Source: Actinomycetota bacterium
Lineage (GTDB): Bacteria; Actinomycetota; UBA4738; JACQTL01
DNA length: 64,000 nt
NCBI GenBank assembly: GCA_045805265.1
Contig: JBJMLO010000008.1
Location: 195,161 to 259,160, forward strand
Direction of reading: 5' to 3'
In this document: piece by piece, positions 9,197-17,765 of the stretch
Numbering within the stretch: position 1 is the first letter of the stretch
Layout: each line of letters starts with the position of its first letter
Notes under the pieces: model-generated
Told to the model about the DNA's origin: nothing
Databases searched by the model: none
The model's input: only the letters and a program-made list of their open reading frames with translations
Made by a program: the position numbers and the translations under genes

Positions 9197-9569
9197 GGCG
9201 CCTCCTCCCCCGCTGGTCCCACTCGGCGGCGCCCTTCAGCCGCTCCAGGCTGGTCGACCAGAAGCCGTCCAGCCACTTCCGGACCTCCTCGATCCGCTCG
9301 GGCCTGGCCCGATACAGGCGGCGCGTGCCCTCCCGCCGCTCGGTCACCAGGTCCGCCTCCCGCAGCACCCGCAGGTGCTGGGACACCGCCGCGCGCGACA
9401 TGTCGAAGTGCGACGCGATGTCGCCGGCCGTCCGCTCCCCGTCCCAGACCAGCCGGAGGATCTCGCGTCGAGTCGGCTCACCGATCGCTCTGAGCGCGGC
9501 ATCCACGAAACTATTTAAGCATGTGCTTTCGTAAGCGTCAAACGACGGTTCTCCGCACCGGCCCGCCAT
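9168..9569 (-). CDS. ArsR/SmtB family transcriptional regulator
   Basis: The core is LRAIGEPTRREILRLVWDGERTAGDIASHFDMSRAAVSQHLRVLREADLV, a winged HTH. Track ORF 9168..9707 has a non-homologous N-terminal extension, so I chose the internal ATG at 9569. The start is uncertain. Confidence 0.8.
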   Translation of the reverse strand: MAGRCGEPSFDAYESTCLNSFVDAALRAIGEPTRREILRLVWDGERTAGDIASHFDMSRAAVSQHLRVLREADLVTERREGTRRLYRARPERIEEVRKWLDGFWSTSLERLKGAAEWDQRGRRRRGGTETTQG

Positions 9570-9626
9570 TTCAGTGACCGATCCGGCGAAGCGGACGCCC
9601 GGAGCCTCGTTCCCAGCGAGGTGCGT

Positions 9627-9655
9627 TTGACGCGGGCCGCGACCTGGAGTATTTG
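9627..9655 (+). promoter_or_regulatory. candidate sigma-70-type promoter for the APC permease
   Basis: TTGACG (9627-9632), a 17-nt spacer, then TATTTG (9650-9655), about 90 nt upstream of ATG 9743. The leader contains the direct repeat GCGATGC twice. Confidence 0.35.
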
Positions 9656-9742
9656 TCCCGCGATGCAGATCCGTCGTTTCGCGATGCGGAACAGACCGCC
9701 GCGCCACCGGGCCGGGCGGACGGGCCGTGAAAGGGGGACCGG

Positions 9743-11254
9743 ATGAAGGCGGACATCCCGGAACAGGCGAAGTCGCACGAGCTCAAGGCGGGCACGCTCA
9801 CGACCTGGGATGCCGTGGCCATGGCCGTTGCGGTCCTGTCGCCGGCCATGGCGATGGCGTACAACACGACGTTCGCGGCGAGCTTCGCGGGGACGTCGAC
9901 GCCGTTCGCGTTCCTGCTCGGCGGGATCGGGTGCCTAGCCCTGGCGTTCGTCGTGATCGGATTCACCCGGCGCATGGCCTCGGCGGGGTACGCCTACACG
10001 TACGCCAGCCGAACGCTCGGCCAGAACGTGGGCTTCATGACCGGATGGCTGTACTTCTTCGGGTTCTTCTGCTTCGTGCCGATGACCATGGCCGGTGTGG
10101 GCGGCTTCACCCGCGACCTCATCGGATCGGAGTGGTGGCACTCCATCCCCAGTTGGAGTTGGTTCGCGATCCTCGTCGTCGGCATGCTCCTGCTGCTCGC
10201 CATCACGATCTACGACATCAAGCTGAACGCCCGGACCCAGCTCATCATCGGGGCGCTCACCGTCGCTGTGATCGTGGTCCTCGACCTCATCGTCACGTTC
10301 AAGGGAGGGAAGTCGGGGCACGACCTTTCTGCGCTGGGGCCGTCCCATACGTTGCAGGGCGGGTTCAGCGGGATCGGCTACGGCCTGATCTTCGGCGTCC
10401 TGTCCTACATCGGCTTCGAGACCTCGGCCGTGCTCGGGGAGGAGACGAGGAACCCGCGCAAGGCCATCCCCGCATCCATCCTCATCGCGGTGTTCTTCGC
10501 CATCGTGTTCTACGTGTGGACGACCTACGTCATCGCCATCGGCGAGGGGGTGAGCAAGGCGGGGTCGGCGAAGTGGGCCGGGGACCCGACCGTGCTGGCC
10601 ACGACGGCGACGACGTACTCGGGGCATTTCCTGTCGGTGCTGGTCTCGATCGCCGCGATCCTGTCGGCGTTCGTGGTGTGCCTGGCCTGTGCCACCGCAG
10701 CGGCCCGGACGATGTTCGCCATGGGCCGCGAGGGGACGCTGCCGGCCTGGTTCGGCCGTACGCACCGCACATACAAGACCCCGGCCAACGCCACCATGTT
10801 CATCGCCGCCCTGGCCACCGTCGTGGCGGCCCTGGTGGGATTCGGATGGAGCTACGGAGCGGGGCCCTTCACCGTGTTCGGCCTGCTGGCCAGCATCGGC
10901 GGGCTCGCGGTGATCATCGTCTACGTGGTGCTGTGCCTGGCGGGAGCCGTGTGGTTCCGGAGGGTGCAGACCAGGTACAACGTCCTGACCCACGGGGTGA
11001 TCCCCGTCGTTGGCGCGGTCATCTTCGGGTTCGGGATCTACGGCTCGATCTACCCGGGGGCTCTGCCGCCGATGCCGTACCGGATCATCCCGTACGTCAA
11101 CCTGGGCTGGATCATCGTGGGGATCGGGTTCCTCATGTACCTGCGGAGCAGCCATCCGGAACGAGTGGCGCAGATCGGCTCGATCCTGGGCGAGGAGGGC
11201 GGCGAGGAGGCCGAGACGCTCGACCGGGGCACGGCCGTGGAGGCGCCCGCCTAG
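9743..11254 (+). CDS. APC-superfamily amino acid/polyamine permease
   Basis: 503 aa with about 12 hydrophobic helices. The N-terminus ...LKAGTLTTWDAVAMAVAVLSPAMAMAYN and GFETSAVLGEETRNPRKAIP are typical of APC permeases. Confidence 0.85.
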   Translation: MKADIPEQAKSHELKAGTLTTWDAVAMAVAVLSPAMAMAYNTTFAASFAGTSTPFAFLLGGIGCLALAFVVIGFTRRMASAGYAYTYASRTLGQNVGFMTGWLYFFGFFCFVPMTMAGVGGFTRDLIGSEWWHSIPSWSWFAILVVGMLLLLAITIYDIKLNARTQLIIGALTVAVIVVLDLIVTFKGGKSGHDLSALGPSHTLQGGFSGIGYGLIFGVLSYIGFETSAVLGEETRNPRKAIPASILIAVFFAIVFYVWTTYVIAIGEGVSKAGSAKWAGDPTVLATTATTYSGHFLSVLVSIAAILSAFVVCLACATAAARTMFAMGREGTLPAWFGRTHRTYKTPANATMFIAALATVVAALVGFGWSYGAGPFTVFGLLASIGGLAVIIVYVVLCLAGAVWFRRVQTRYNVLTHGVIPVVGAVIFGFGIYGSIYPGALPPMPYRIIPYVNLGWIIVGIGFLMYLRSSHPERVAQIGSILGEEGGEEAETLDRGTAVEAPA

Positions 11255-11371
11255 CTCGAGAACAACGACCTCCCGGTGGGCCGTCGCGGTTCACCGGGAG
11301 GGTGTCCGCCCCGGCGAGTCCATCCGCCTCGCGTTCCCGCCGGCGGCCCGGCCATTGGAAAGGACCCGCTC

Positions 11372-12463
11372 GTGATCGACGATCACGGACACCCCTTCGC
11401 ATTGGAGGGTGGCCGTCTCGACCTCGCGGCGCTGACGCTCGACGTGAACCCCGACGAGGGAGGGGACGAACGGCGGGCCCGCCTCGGTCCGGCGCGCCTG
11501 TGGCAGGAGATGCTGACCACTCGGCTGGCGGCACGCCTGGGCTGCGAGCCCGGCGACGTCCCCGCGGCCAGGGCCGAGTCGTCGAGGGACTGGACCCCGT
11601 ACGTCCGCGGGCTGTTTGCCGACGCGGGCATCACCGGCCTGGTGATGGATGTGGCCTATCCGCCGGATGCGTTCAACCGCCTCGAGACGTTCCAGGAACT
11701 CACGGGCTGCGCGGTGCACCCGATCTTCCGGACCGACCCGCTGGTCGACCGCCTGATCGGCGAGGGGGCGGGCGCGGCGGAGATCGTGGACGGCGTGACG
11801 TCCGCCATGGCCGATGCCGCGTCGCGGGGGCACGTCGGGTTCAAGACGATCATGGCCTACCGCACCGGGCTGGCCGTCGACCCGGCGGTGTCCGAGCGTG
11901 AGGCCGAGGAGTCGCTCCGGGAGCGGGACGTACCGGTGCGGCGTCGCGGGAAGGGCCTTCGGGACCTCGTGATCACCCGGGCCCTGGCCACGGCGGCGGA
12001 ACTCGGCCTGCCGTTCCAGATCCACACCGGGTTCGGCGACTCCGAGATCCGCCTGGCCGAGTCGAACCCGCTTTTGCTGGAGGAGCTGCTTCGGTCGCCG
12101 CAGGGATCGGCCGGCCGGATCGACCTCATCCACGGCGGGTTCCCCTGGCACGAGGAGGTGGCCTTCCTCGCCGCCACGAAGACCAACGTGTGGGTCGACG
12201 TATCGCTGTTCAATATCTTCTCGCCGGCCACGGTCGGCGACCGGCTGCTGCGGTTGGTCGACCTGGCGCCGGTGCACCGGCTGCTCATGGGGACGGACGG
12301 ATTCCACGAGCCGGAGCTCTACTGGTTCGCCGCGACAGTGCTGCGGGACGCCTGGAAGGTCGTGCGGAGGCGGCTGCACGAGGCCGGGGCCGGGGACGCC
12401 TGGCTCGCCGACGCGGAGGCGCGCATGTTCGAGGACAACGCCAGGGAGCTGTATGGCATCTGA
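11372..12463 (+). CDS. metal-dependent amidohydrolase (amidohydrolase-2/TIM-barrel type)
   Basis: GTG 11372 follows GGAAAGGA. The N-terminus VIDDHGHPF carries an HxH metal motif. Later motifs are LPFQIHTGFGD and LMGTDGF. Track ORF 11276..12463 includes an upstream extension. Confidence 0.7.
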   Translation: MIDDHGHPFALEGGRLDLAALTLDVNPDEGGDERRARLGPARLWQEMLTTRLAARLGCEPGDVPAARAESSRDWTPYVRGLFADAGITGLVMDVAYPPDAFNRLETFQELTGCAVHPIFRTDPLVDRLIGEGAGAAEIVDGVTSAMADAASRGHVGFKTIMAYRTGLAVDPAVSEREAEESLRERDVPVRRRGKGLRDLVITRALATAAELGLPFQIHTGFGDSEIRLAESNPLLLEELLRSPQGSAGRIDLIHGGFPWHEEVAFLAATKTNVWVDVSLFNIFSPATVGDRLLRLVDLAPVHRLLMGTDGFHEPELYWFAATVLRDAWKVVRRRLHEAGAGDAWLADAEARMFEDNARELYGI

Positions 12464-13241
12464 CCGGGCCGTCGTGCAGTCGCTCGACCGGGCGCTGTCG
12501 ATCCTGGACGTGCTGCGGTTCTCCAACCGCGGCCTCCCGCTCGGCGAGGTGGCGGCCCGGGCCGGGCTGCCGAAGTCGACCGCCCATCGCCTCCTCTCGA
12601 CGCTCGAGATGCGGGGGTTCGTGGCCCGGGACCCCCAGAACGGCGCGTACCGGCTCGGCCTCAAGCACGTGGCCCCCGTGGGGGCGGGCCCGGAGATCCG
12701 GGAGGTGCTGGAGGGGCTGGCCGCGCGGTCCGGCGAGACGGCGAACCTGGGGGCCCTGGTCGGCCGCGAGGTGCTGTACGTCGACCGCGCGGACTCGTCC
12801 CAGGCCCTGCGGTGGCAGCTCGGCGTGGGGAGCCGCGTCCCGGTGCACTGCTCCGCCCTGGGGAAGGCCGTCCTGGCCTCGCTCCCCGAATCCGAGGTCG
12901 CGGTGCACCTGCCCCGCCGGCTGCGACGGAGCACGCCGAACACGATCACCGACCGGGATGCGCTCCTCGCCGAGCTGGACGCCGTCCGAAACCGCGGGTT
13001 CGCGGTGGACGACGAGGAGTTCATGGAGGGCGTGCGCTGCGTGGCCGTTGCCGTCCTCGCCACGGGCGGCCACCACGTCCGGGCGGCCCTGTCGCTGGCC
13101 GGGCCGGCCTTCCGGTTCACCCGGGACCGCGCGTCCGGCGAGGTCGACGCGCTGAAGCGGGCGGCCACCACGGTGGCGCGTGTGCTCGGCGACCAGGGAC
13201 TGCTCACGGCGCAGGCGCCAGCGGCAACGAACGAGGGCTGA
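12453..13241 (+). CDS. IclR family transcriptional regulator
   Basis: 262 aa. Motifs are VQSLDRALSILDVLRFSNRGLPLGEVAARAGLPKSTAHRLLSTL, then the effector domain ...ALGKAVLA...GFAVDDEEFMEGVRCVAVAV. The start overlaps the upstream stop by 11 nt. Confidence 0.9.
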   Translation: MASDRAVVQSLDRALSILDVLRFSNRGLPLGEVAARAGLPKSTAHRLLSTLEMRGFVARDPQNGAYRLGLKHVAPVGAGPEIREVLEGLAARSGETANLGALVGREVLYVDRADSSQALRWQLGVGSRVPVHCSALGKAVLASLPESEVAVHLPRRLRRSTPNTITDRDALLAELDAVRNRGFAVDDEEFMEGVRCVAVAVLATGGHHVRAALSLAGPAFRFTRDRASGEVDALKRAATTVARVLGDQGLLTAQAPAATNEG

Positions 13242-14441
13242 GTGGGCGACCCGGCCCTCACGCGAGACGTTCCGCCCCTCGACGTGGCCCGGGCCGAGGC
13301 GCTGCTGGTCCGGATGCCGCTGCTCGAACCCTTCGTCACGAGCTTCGGCCCCACCGAGTCCCGCCACGTGGTCCTGGTCCGGCTCGAGGACGGCGACGGC
13401 CGGGTGGGGTGGGGCGAGGCCGCCCCACTGGACCATCCCTTCTACCTGCCCGACTTCGTCGCCGGGACGTTCGATCTGGTGGCCGACTGGGCGCTGCCGC
13501 TCTGCCTGCGGGCGGACGTCCACCACCCCCGGGATGCCGCCCGGACCATGGCGGCGATCCGCGGGAACACGTTCGGCCGCATGGGGGTGGAGGCGGCGTA
13601 CTGGACGCTGTTCGCCGAGCGCGAGCGGTGCTCGCTGCGCGCGCTGTTCGGCGGGCGGGCGTCGCGCATCCCGGTCGGGGAGAGCATCGCGATCAGGCCA
13701 ACGGTCGACGAGGTGGTGGAGGAGGCGGAGCTCAGGCTCCGCCAGGGCTACCGGCGCATCAAACTGAAGATAGCGCCGGGATGGGACGTGGAGGTCGTCC
13801 GCGAGGTTCGCCGGGCCATCGGCGACGACGTGATGCTGCAGGTCGACGCGAACGCCGCCTACACGCTGTCCGACGCGGAACGCCTGGCCGAGCTGGACGA
13901 ATTCGGCCTGGCGTGCATCGAGCAGCCGCTGGAGTTCGACGACCTCATCGGCCACGCCGCGCTGCAGGGGCGGCTGGCGACGCCGGTGTGCCTCGACGAG
14001 TCGCTTCGCTCGCCCGGCCATGTCCGCGCCGCGCTGGACGCGGACGCGTGCCGCAACGTCAACCTCAAGCCCGGCCGCGTGGGGGGGATCGTCGCGTCGC
14101 TCGAGATCGAGCTGCTGTGTCGCGAACGGGGCGTGCCGCTGTGGTGCGGTGGGATGCTCGAATCCGGCATCGGACGGGCGCCGAACATCGCGCTCTGCTC
14201 GCTGGCGGGGTTCACCGACCCGGCGGACATGTCGCCGGCGTCGGTGCTGTACGAGGACGACCTCATCGATCCAACGTTCGAGGTCGAGCCCGATGGGTGC
14301 ATCGAGGTTCCGTCCGGGCCGGGACTGGGGTATCGCGTGGAGGAGGAGCGAGTCCGTTCCCGCGTGGTCCGGTGGATCCAGCTCGACGGCGACGGGACGG
14401 TCCGGGCCCGAGGCGAGGGAAAGGAGAACGGAGCCACATGA
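13242..14441 (+). CDS. enolase-superfamily enzyme, o-succinylbenzoate synthase / N-acylamino-acid racemase-like
   Basis: 399 aa. Motifs are IKLKIAPGWDVEVVREVR, LQVDANAAYTL, IEQPLEFDDL and VCLDESL, matching the KxK and D/E/D metal-ligand pattern of the MR/MLE/OSBS group. The gene starts directly after the IclR stop. Confidence 0.8.
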   Translation: MGDPALTRDVPPLDVARAEALLVRMPLLEPFVTSFGPTESRHVVLVRLEDGDGRVGWGEAAPLDHPFYLPDFVAGTFDLVADWALPLCLRADVHHPRDAARTMAAIRGNTFGRMGVEAAYWTLFAERERCSLRALFGGRASRIPVGESIAIRPTVDEVVEEAELRLRQGYRRIKLKIAPGWDVEVVREVRRAIGDDVMLQVDANAAYTLSDAERLAELDEFGLACIEQPLEFDDLIGHAALQGRLATPVCLDESLRSPGHVRAALDADACRNVNLKPGRVGGIVASLEIELLCRERGVPLWCGGMLESGIGRAPNIALCSLAGFTDPADMSPASVLYEDDLIDPTFEVEPDGCIEVPSGPGLGYRVEEERVRSRVVRWIQLDGDGTVRARGEGKENGAT

Positions 14442-14929
14442 GCGAGCGGATCGAGTACTTCCGGACGCGGGACGACGTCGAGTTCGGGGAGGGCGAGCCC
14501 CGGTTCCTCAACGTGTTCCGCGACGTCCTGGGGCTGGAGGTGGAACGCGACCTGGTCCTGCGGCCGGTGTTCGGCCTGAACCTCACGATGTCGTTCGTCT
14601 CGATGGAACCGCACCGCGTGGCCCCCGTCCACCAGCACCCCCAGGAGCAGATCGGAACCGTGATCGAAGGCGCCTACGAGTTCGAGCTGGCCGGGGAGAA
14701 GCGGGTGGTCCGAAGGGGCGACGTCTACGTGGTTCCGCCGAACGTGCCCCACGGCGCGGTGACCCACGACGAGGGGTGCCTGGTCCTCGACGTGTTCTCG
14801 CCGCCCCGCGAGGCGTTCGATGAGATCATGGAGCAGGCCGTGGCCGAGCTCGGACGGGACGGCGCCGGAGAGGTGTGGACCCTGCCCTCCCTTCGGGGGG
14901 ACGGCGGCGAAGGGGCGGACGCGCCATGA
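14438..14929 (+). CDS. cupin domain protein
   Basis: ATG 14438 overlaps the upstream stop (ATGA). The cupin motifs are VHQHPQEQIGTVIEGAYEF...GDVYVVPPNVPHGA. Confidence 0.8.
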   Translation: MSERIEYFRTRDDVEFGEGEPRFLNVFRDVLGLEVERDLVLRPVFGLNLTMSFVSMEPHRVAPVHQHPQEQIGTVIEGAYEFELAGEKRVVRRGDVYVVPPNVPHGAVTHDEGCLVLDVFSPPREAFDEIMEQAVAELGRDGAGEVWTLPSLRGDGGEGADAP

Positions 14930-15936
14930 CGAAGGGCGCCCCCGGCTTCGGGCCACAGGGATGGGCCTATCTCGACGGGGAATTCGTCCCGGTGGAGGAG
15001 GCGAAGATCTCCATCGCCACTCATGCCTTCAACTACGGCACGGGCTGCTTCGAGGGGATCCGCTGCTACTGGAACGCGGAGCACGAGGAGCTCTACGTCG
15101 TCAAGCTGCTCGAGCACTTCCGGCGCCTCCTCCGCTCGGCCCGCCTGTTCCGGATGGACCCCGGCAAGAGCGGGGAGGAGCTCGCGGAGATCGCCGTGGA
15201 ATGCGCGCGCCGCGGCGGGTTCCGCACCGATACCTACATCCGGCCCATCGCGTACAAGGCGAGCCTGGCCATCCGGGTGGGGCTCGTCAACCTGGAGGAC
15301 GGGTTCTGCTGCTTCACCGCGCCGATGGGGGCCTACTTCGACATCGAGCGAGGCCTGTCGGTCATGGTGAGCGGATGGCGGCGCAACGACGACAACGCCA
15401 TCCCGGCCCGGGCCAAGGCCACGGGGGGCTACCTGAACGCGGCGCTCGCGATCGCCGACGCGCAGGACGCCGGGTTCGACGAGGCCATCATGCTGACCCA
15501 GGCCGGCACCGTCAGCGAGGGCAGCTCGGCGAACCTGTTCCTGGTGCAAGACGGCCGGTTGGTCACCCCGGCCGTGAGTGACGACATCCTGGTCGGGATC
15601 ACCAGGGGATGCGTCATCGAGCTGGCCGCGGCGCTCGGGGTGCCGGTGGAGGAGCGCACCGTCGACCGCACCGAGCTCTACGTGAGCGACGAGGCCTTCC
15701 TGTGCGGGACCGGGGTCCAGGTGGCGCCGGTCACCAACGTGGACGGCCGTGTCGTGGGGGCGGGGAAGATGGGCGAGGTGACCCGACAGATCCAGGATCG
15801 GTACCTCGCCGCGGTCCACGGCGAGCTGGAGGAGTACCGGAGCTGGCTGACCCCGGTGTACGAGGGGGCCGCTCCGGCGCCGGGCGTCCCGCCGGGCTCG
15901 CCGGCCACGGAGGCACCCCCGTCCGAGCCGGCCTGA
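14926..15936 (+). CDS. ilvE: class IV (branched-chain / D-amino-acid type) aminotransferase
   Basis: ATG 14926 overlaps the cupin stop (ATGA). Motifs are AYLDGEFVPVEEAKISIATHAFNYGTGCFEGIRCY, KATGGYLNAALA and EGSSANLF. A Pro/Ala-rich C-terminal tail follows. Confidence 0.8.
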   Translation: MTKGAPGFGPQGWAYLDGEFVPVEEAKISIATHAFNYGTGCFEGIRCYWNAEHEELYVVKLLEHFRRLLRSARLFRMDPGKSGEELAEIAVECARRGGFRTDTYIRPIAYKASLAIRVGLVNLEDGFCCFTAPMGAYFDIERGLSVMVSGWRRNDDNAIPARAKATGGYLNAALAIADAQDAGFDEAIMLTQAGTVSEGSSANLFLVQDGRLVTPAVSDDILVGITRGCVIELAAALGVPVEERTVDRTELYVSDEAFLCGTGVQVAPVTNVDGRVVGAGKMGEVTRQIQDRYLAAVHGELEEYRSWLTPVYEGAAPAPGVPPGSPATEAPPSEPA

Positions 15937-15940
15937 GGGG

Positions 15941-16723
15941 CTACAGGTACCGGCCCATGCCGCCGGCGACGTCGACGCTGGCGCCGGTCACGTAGGCCGC
16001 CCGGTCGCTGCACAGGAACGCGACCACGCCACCCACCTCGTCGTCGCGGCCGAACCGCCCCAGCGGCACCTCCGCCTCGGCCATCCGGGCGAAGAAGTCG
16101 TCCTCGGAGAGCTCCGGACCGAGGCGCTGGTGGACATTCTTCCACTGCGGGGTCACCACGAAGCCGATGTTCACCGTGTTCACCAGAATGCCATCCTTCG
16201 CCACCTCCATCGACAGCGCCTTGGTGAACGCGAGGCAGGCCGCGCGGATGGTCGACGTGGCGAAGAACCTCGGATCCGGATACTTCCCGTACACGGCGTT
16301 GATGTTCACGATGCGCCCGCCCCCGCGGGAGCGCATGTGCGGCAGCGCCTCCCGCGAGCACCGGATCATCGAGAACAGCTTCACGTCGAGATCCTCCTGC
16401 CAGTCCTCGTCCGTGAGGGTCTCGAACGTCCCCGGGTGGGCCCGCCCCGCGTTGTTCACCAGGATGTCGATCGCGCCGAGCTCCTCCGCGCACCGGGCGA
16501 TGAAGGAACGGACCTGATCGGGCACCGTGACGTCGCAGGCCTCGCCGAAGACCTTCGTGCCGTGTGACTGCAACGCCCCCGCAGCCTCCGCCACCTCCTC
16601 GGGGTTGCGGGCGCAGATGGCGACGTCGCACCCCTCCCCGGCCAGCTCGTCGGCGATGGCCCGTCCCAGGCCCTTCGATCCTCCGGTGACGACGGCCTTC
16701 CTGCCGCGGAGCCCCAGGTCCAC
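15941..16723 (-). CDS. SDR family oxidoreductase
   Basis: 260 aa. Motifs are KAVVTGGSKGLGRAIA (TGxxxGxG), NNAG and the active-site region YGKYPDPRFFATSTIRAA. The gene converges on ilvE with only a 4-nt gap. Confidence 0.85.
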   Translation of the reverse strand: MDLGLRGRKAVVTGGSKGLGRAIADELAGEGCDVAICARNPEEVAEAAGALQSHGTKVFGEACDVTVPDQVRSFIARCAEELGAIDILVNNAGRAHPGTFETLTDEDWQEDLDVKLFSMIRCSREALPHMRSRGGGRIVNINAVYGKYPDPRFFATSTIRAACLAFTKALSMEVAKDGILVNTVNIGFVVTPQWKNVHQRLGPELSEDDFFARMAEAEVPLGRFGRDDEVGGVVAFLCSDRAAYVTGASVDVAGGMGRYL

Positions 16724-16725
16724 CG

Positions 16726-17199
16726 CTACGTGGCCTCCTCCGGCCCGCCCTCCGCCCGGCTCCGCAGCATCTCGAGCAGGACCCGGCGGGGCGGGTCGAA
16801 CACGTCGATCTCGAAACAGGTCGAGTCGAGCGTCCGTGCTCCGTGCGGCACGCCGGGGGGGACGACCACAGCCGTGCCGCGGCGCATCGTCCGCAGGTCG
16901 CCGTCGAGGTCGAACTCGAACTCGCCGTCGATGACGAATGTGATCTGCTCCTCCTCGTGTGCGTGGCGGGGCGCTTCGGTGTGCGGCTCGTAGCGGACGA
17001 AGTTCACCATGAACCGCTCCCCCACCACCGGCCGGAACTCCAGGCCCGGGACCATCTCGACGGCCTCGAGGTCACGTTCGTAGTCGACGTAGGCTCCGTG
17101 GCCCACCGGGGCCAGGGAGGGGTCCAGGGCGAAGTAGCGCCCCGCCTCGCGATGATCCGCGCGACCGCCCTTCGCGGCGGCCCACGAGGGGTCCGTCAC
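16726..17199 (-). CDS. cupin domain protein (paralog of 14438..14929)
   Basis: GTG 17199 overlaps the upstream stop (GTGA). The cupin motifs are RHAHEEEQITFVIDGEFEF...GTAVVVPPGVPHGA...DVFDPPR. The upstream part of track ORF 16726..17658 overlaps the next gene out of frame. Confidence 0.75.
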   Translation of the reverse strand: MTDPSWAAAKGGRADHREAGRYFALDPSLAPVGHGAYVDYERDLEAVEMVPGLEFRPVVGERFMVNFVRYEPHTEAPRHAHEEEQITFVIDGEFEFDLDGDLRTMRRGTAVVVPPGVPHGARTLDSTCFEIDVFDPPRRVLLEMLRSRAEGGPEEAT

Positions 17200-17765
17200 G
17201 ACGGCGTGCCCTCGGCCGTCTCCGGGTACAGCTCCGGATGCTTGTACCGGGGGTGCCAGTCGAACCCCTGCCAGGTGGTCAGTTTCCTCGGGACGATCTT
17301 GATCGTCCAGCACGGCTCGACGTTCACCGAGCCCCGGTACTCCTGCGCCCGCGGGCCGAGGTACCGCGGGCCCGTGTAGCGCTCGCCGATCAGGTTCCAC
17401 AGGGACTTCTCGCCGTTCTCCAGGAACGGGCCGACGGCGGCCTCGACGACGACGCCCGTCCCCTCGCAGATGACCTTGCGGATGGGCGGAACGGGCTCGT
17501 CCACCACCAGCGACACTCTCGGGTCGCGGGCGATGTAGTGCGCCCAGGCCGAGCGGGCCCTCGGCACCACGTAGAACGACAGGCCGTCCCAGTGGTACCA
17601 GCTGGGCACGACGTACGGCCAACCGTCCGGCTTCAGGCACGCCACCCGGGCGATCCATGGCCCCTGAAGGAACTCGTTCATCTCCTGCGTCGACATGCCG
17701 CCGATCCGCTCCCCGCGCCAGCTCCCTCTCCCGCCGGACGCCTCTTCGCTCGCCGTCTCGCTCAT
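17196..17765 (-). CDS. pyridoxamine 5-prime-phosphate oxidase (PPOX)-like flavin/deazaflavin-binding family protein
   Basis: This is the C-terminal 189 codons of track ORF 17196..19118. The sequence MNEFLQGPWIARVACLKPDGWPYVVPSWYHWDGLSFYVV...DPRVSLVVDE matches the PPOX split-barrel pattern. ATG 17765 overlaps the upstream stop (ATGA). Confidence 0.7.
   Translation of the reverse strand: MSETASEEASGGRGSWRGERIGGMSTQEMNEFLQGPWIARVACLKPDGWPYVVPSWYHWDGLSFYVVPRARSAWAHYIARDPRVSLVVDEPVPPIRKVICEGTGVVVEAAVGPFLENGEKSLWNLIGERYTGPRYLGPRAQEYRGSVNVEPCWTIKIVPRKLTTWQGFDWHPRYKHPELYPETAEGTPS

Noticed and set aside
17200-17658. N-terminal extension of ORF 16726..17658
   Set aside because: It overlaps the PPOX-like gene in another frame. 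Cupin homology begins after GTG 17199, which forms a GTGA junction with the upstream stop.
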